DNA of 64,000 bases from Eledone cirrhosa (Eukaryota): the NCBI GenBank assembly GCA_964016885.1, contig OZ024745.1, positions 102,858,001 through 102,922,000 of the forward strand. The letters run 5' to 3'. The position numbers and the translations under genes were made by a program. Shown here one piece after another: positions 62,326 to 64,000 of this stretch. Numbering within the stretch: the stretch's first letter is position 1; the number at the start of each line of letters is the position of its first letter. A model generated the notes under the pieces. It did not search any database and was not told the origin of the DNA. It saw only the letters and a program-made list of their open reading frames with translations.

Positions 62326-64000
62326 CCAAAGTCAAAATGGAATGTCAGGTACAAATAATATGTGAAAGTGAAACACTTGCTCATTTACTCTTACCTTCAT
62401 ATATGGATCAGAGTAACATTGCTAGTGATGTTGATCCTTGGATTGTTTTTAATTTTGTTGGGTAATATAAATGGGTGGTATGTGTGGAGGTGGTGAAAAA
62501 TGGCATGCTGTTGGAAGTGGTCAGTATGGATTTGCAATTCTTTGTCCCTTTGAAGCTAATGAGTCATTCTGGGGTTGTGCTCCTTCTTGAGTACAGAGAC
62601 TAAAGGTATGACATTGACAGTCTAAAGCAGAAGCCAAACTGTTAGGTTTGTGGCAGCAAAGGTCATTTAAGAACTTTTTGCCCTCATGAGTTTAAAAAAA
62701 ACAATAAAAACAAAAAGGAAAGCAACAATAGTAACAACAGAATTTAGGGATTGAGGGAGTAGATTGCCTAATCCTTGGATTGAGAAGCTGACCAGGAAGC
62801 TAAAAGGAGCCCTCCCCCTTCTGCCTCCTAGTGACAATAAGGAAGACATGTAAGAAGGAAGTGGTCAGCAACAACAAACCATGAAGGCTACAGCAGGAAA
62901 TTATGCAGTAAAACAAATTAATAGAGATTTCTAATGTAAGCACAAGGCCAGCATTTTGGGGAGAGTGGAAGTTAATCATATTGCTCCAGTATTTTACTGG
63001 TACTTTATTTTCTCGACCGCAGAATGTTGAAAGGTAAAGTTGACCCTGATGGGATTTAAACTCAGAACACAGTAGCCATAATTAAAAGCTACAAAGCATT
63101 TTGTTTGATGCTCTAAAACAAATTAATAGTGAGAGAATGATACAGATGTTATTATAAATAATATAAGATATTTGAACTTCTAAAGTCCTAAGAGATTATG
63201 ATGTTCATAGAATGTAGAAACTCAGACACAGTTCGCTTCTATAAATAGTTTAGAAAATCAGGTAAAGATCCCTTCTAGATATAAAATATCTGTAAACACA
63301 GTTGGTTGTTATAAATAACTTAGAAAATCAGTTAAAGATCCCGTATAGATATAAAATAACTGTAAACAGAGTTGGTTATTATAGGTAGCTTAGAAAATCA
63401 GGTAAAGATTCTTTAATAGACAGAAAAATGTAGTGTACTTGCTAAGAAATGTATACCTATAAGAAAATAGTTGAAAACTAATGAGTGATGGTTATTATAT
63501 GCTATGGTCATCATTGTCAACTATATACTTATTTATATAAGTTACAGCAGTATGTAAATCACATCACCTTTGTTCTTATAATATTTTGTCTTCATAAATC
63601 ACATGTTGCTTTTTGTAAATACTGTTTACAAGTTTGCTTTTGGTTGTCTTTATATATATATATATATATATTAATGCTTTTTCTAAGATAATTCCAATCA
63701 TTATCAATGCAGTCTGTATATATTATAGCAATATATTTCTATGTCTGGAATGAACAGATTAACTGGTGCTTTAAAATTGTCTGATTCTTAAATGATTGAC
63801 AATATATGCAGCATCTTATGAGGATTAGGATTATAGCCAGCAGTGCATATGTGTTCCCCATGCATAGAATTAATTTTTGATTCCACATTAAATGTCATCA
63901 AGATATATTTGTTTGCAATGCTGATATAGAACAAATAGTGACATGACCAATCCATTTGTCAGGATATATGCTTATGTATGTGTGTATGTTAATAAAGGTT

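Larger units (their letters stand above)
55312..63361 (+). repeat. Tandem segmental duplication (55312-59427 and 59430-63361)
   Basis: Both copies begin AATATGATCCTGCAACCACAG and end AAGATCCCGTATAGATATAAAATAACT. They are colinear with scattered substitutions and indels. Confidence 0.95.

Noticed and set aside
63688-63730. Candidate next PTP exon after TTCTAAG
   Set aside because: The phase-1 continuation hits TAG within ~13 codons and lacks the expected (S/T)RV.L motif.

Overview
Eukaryotic, AT- and microsatellite-rich animal genomic DNA. The repeat complement (RTE LINEs, tRNA-headed SINEs with (ATG)n/(ATT)n tails, long (TA)n) suggests a cephalopod such as Octopus; this is inference. One host gene crosses the window on the + strand: a receptor-type protein tyrosine phosphatase. 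Five in-phase exons can be reconstructed: 19325-21438 (signal-peptide end, mucin-like stalk, Cys-containing SEA-like module), 34841-34969 (TM), 38791-38946, 50008-50088 and 53893-53974 (KNRY loop). Its first exon and catalytic exons were not found here. The rest is intergenic or intronic repeat: two Helitrons, an L1/Tx1 remnant, several RTE LINEs with a PHD-like finger in ORF2, three SINE families, piggyBac- and hAT-type MITEs, Penelope-like fragments, several long palindromes, minisatellites and a ~4 kb tandem duplication. The most notable signals are an apparently intact type I hammerhead ribozyme at ~49525-49607 (-) with related degenerate copies, and an RNA module shared between an RTE 5'UTR, RTE 3'UTRs and SINE bodies. 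No CRISPR or prokaryotic system is present. All structures and alignments were done by eye.
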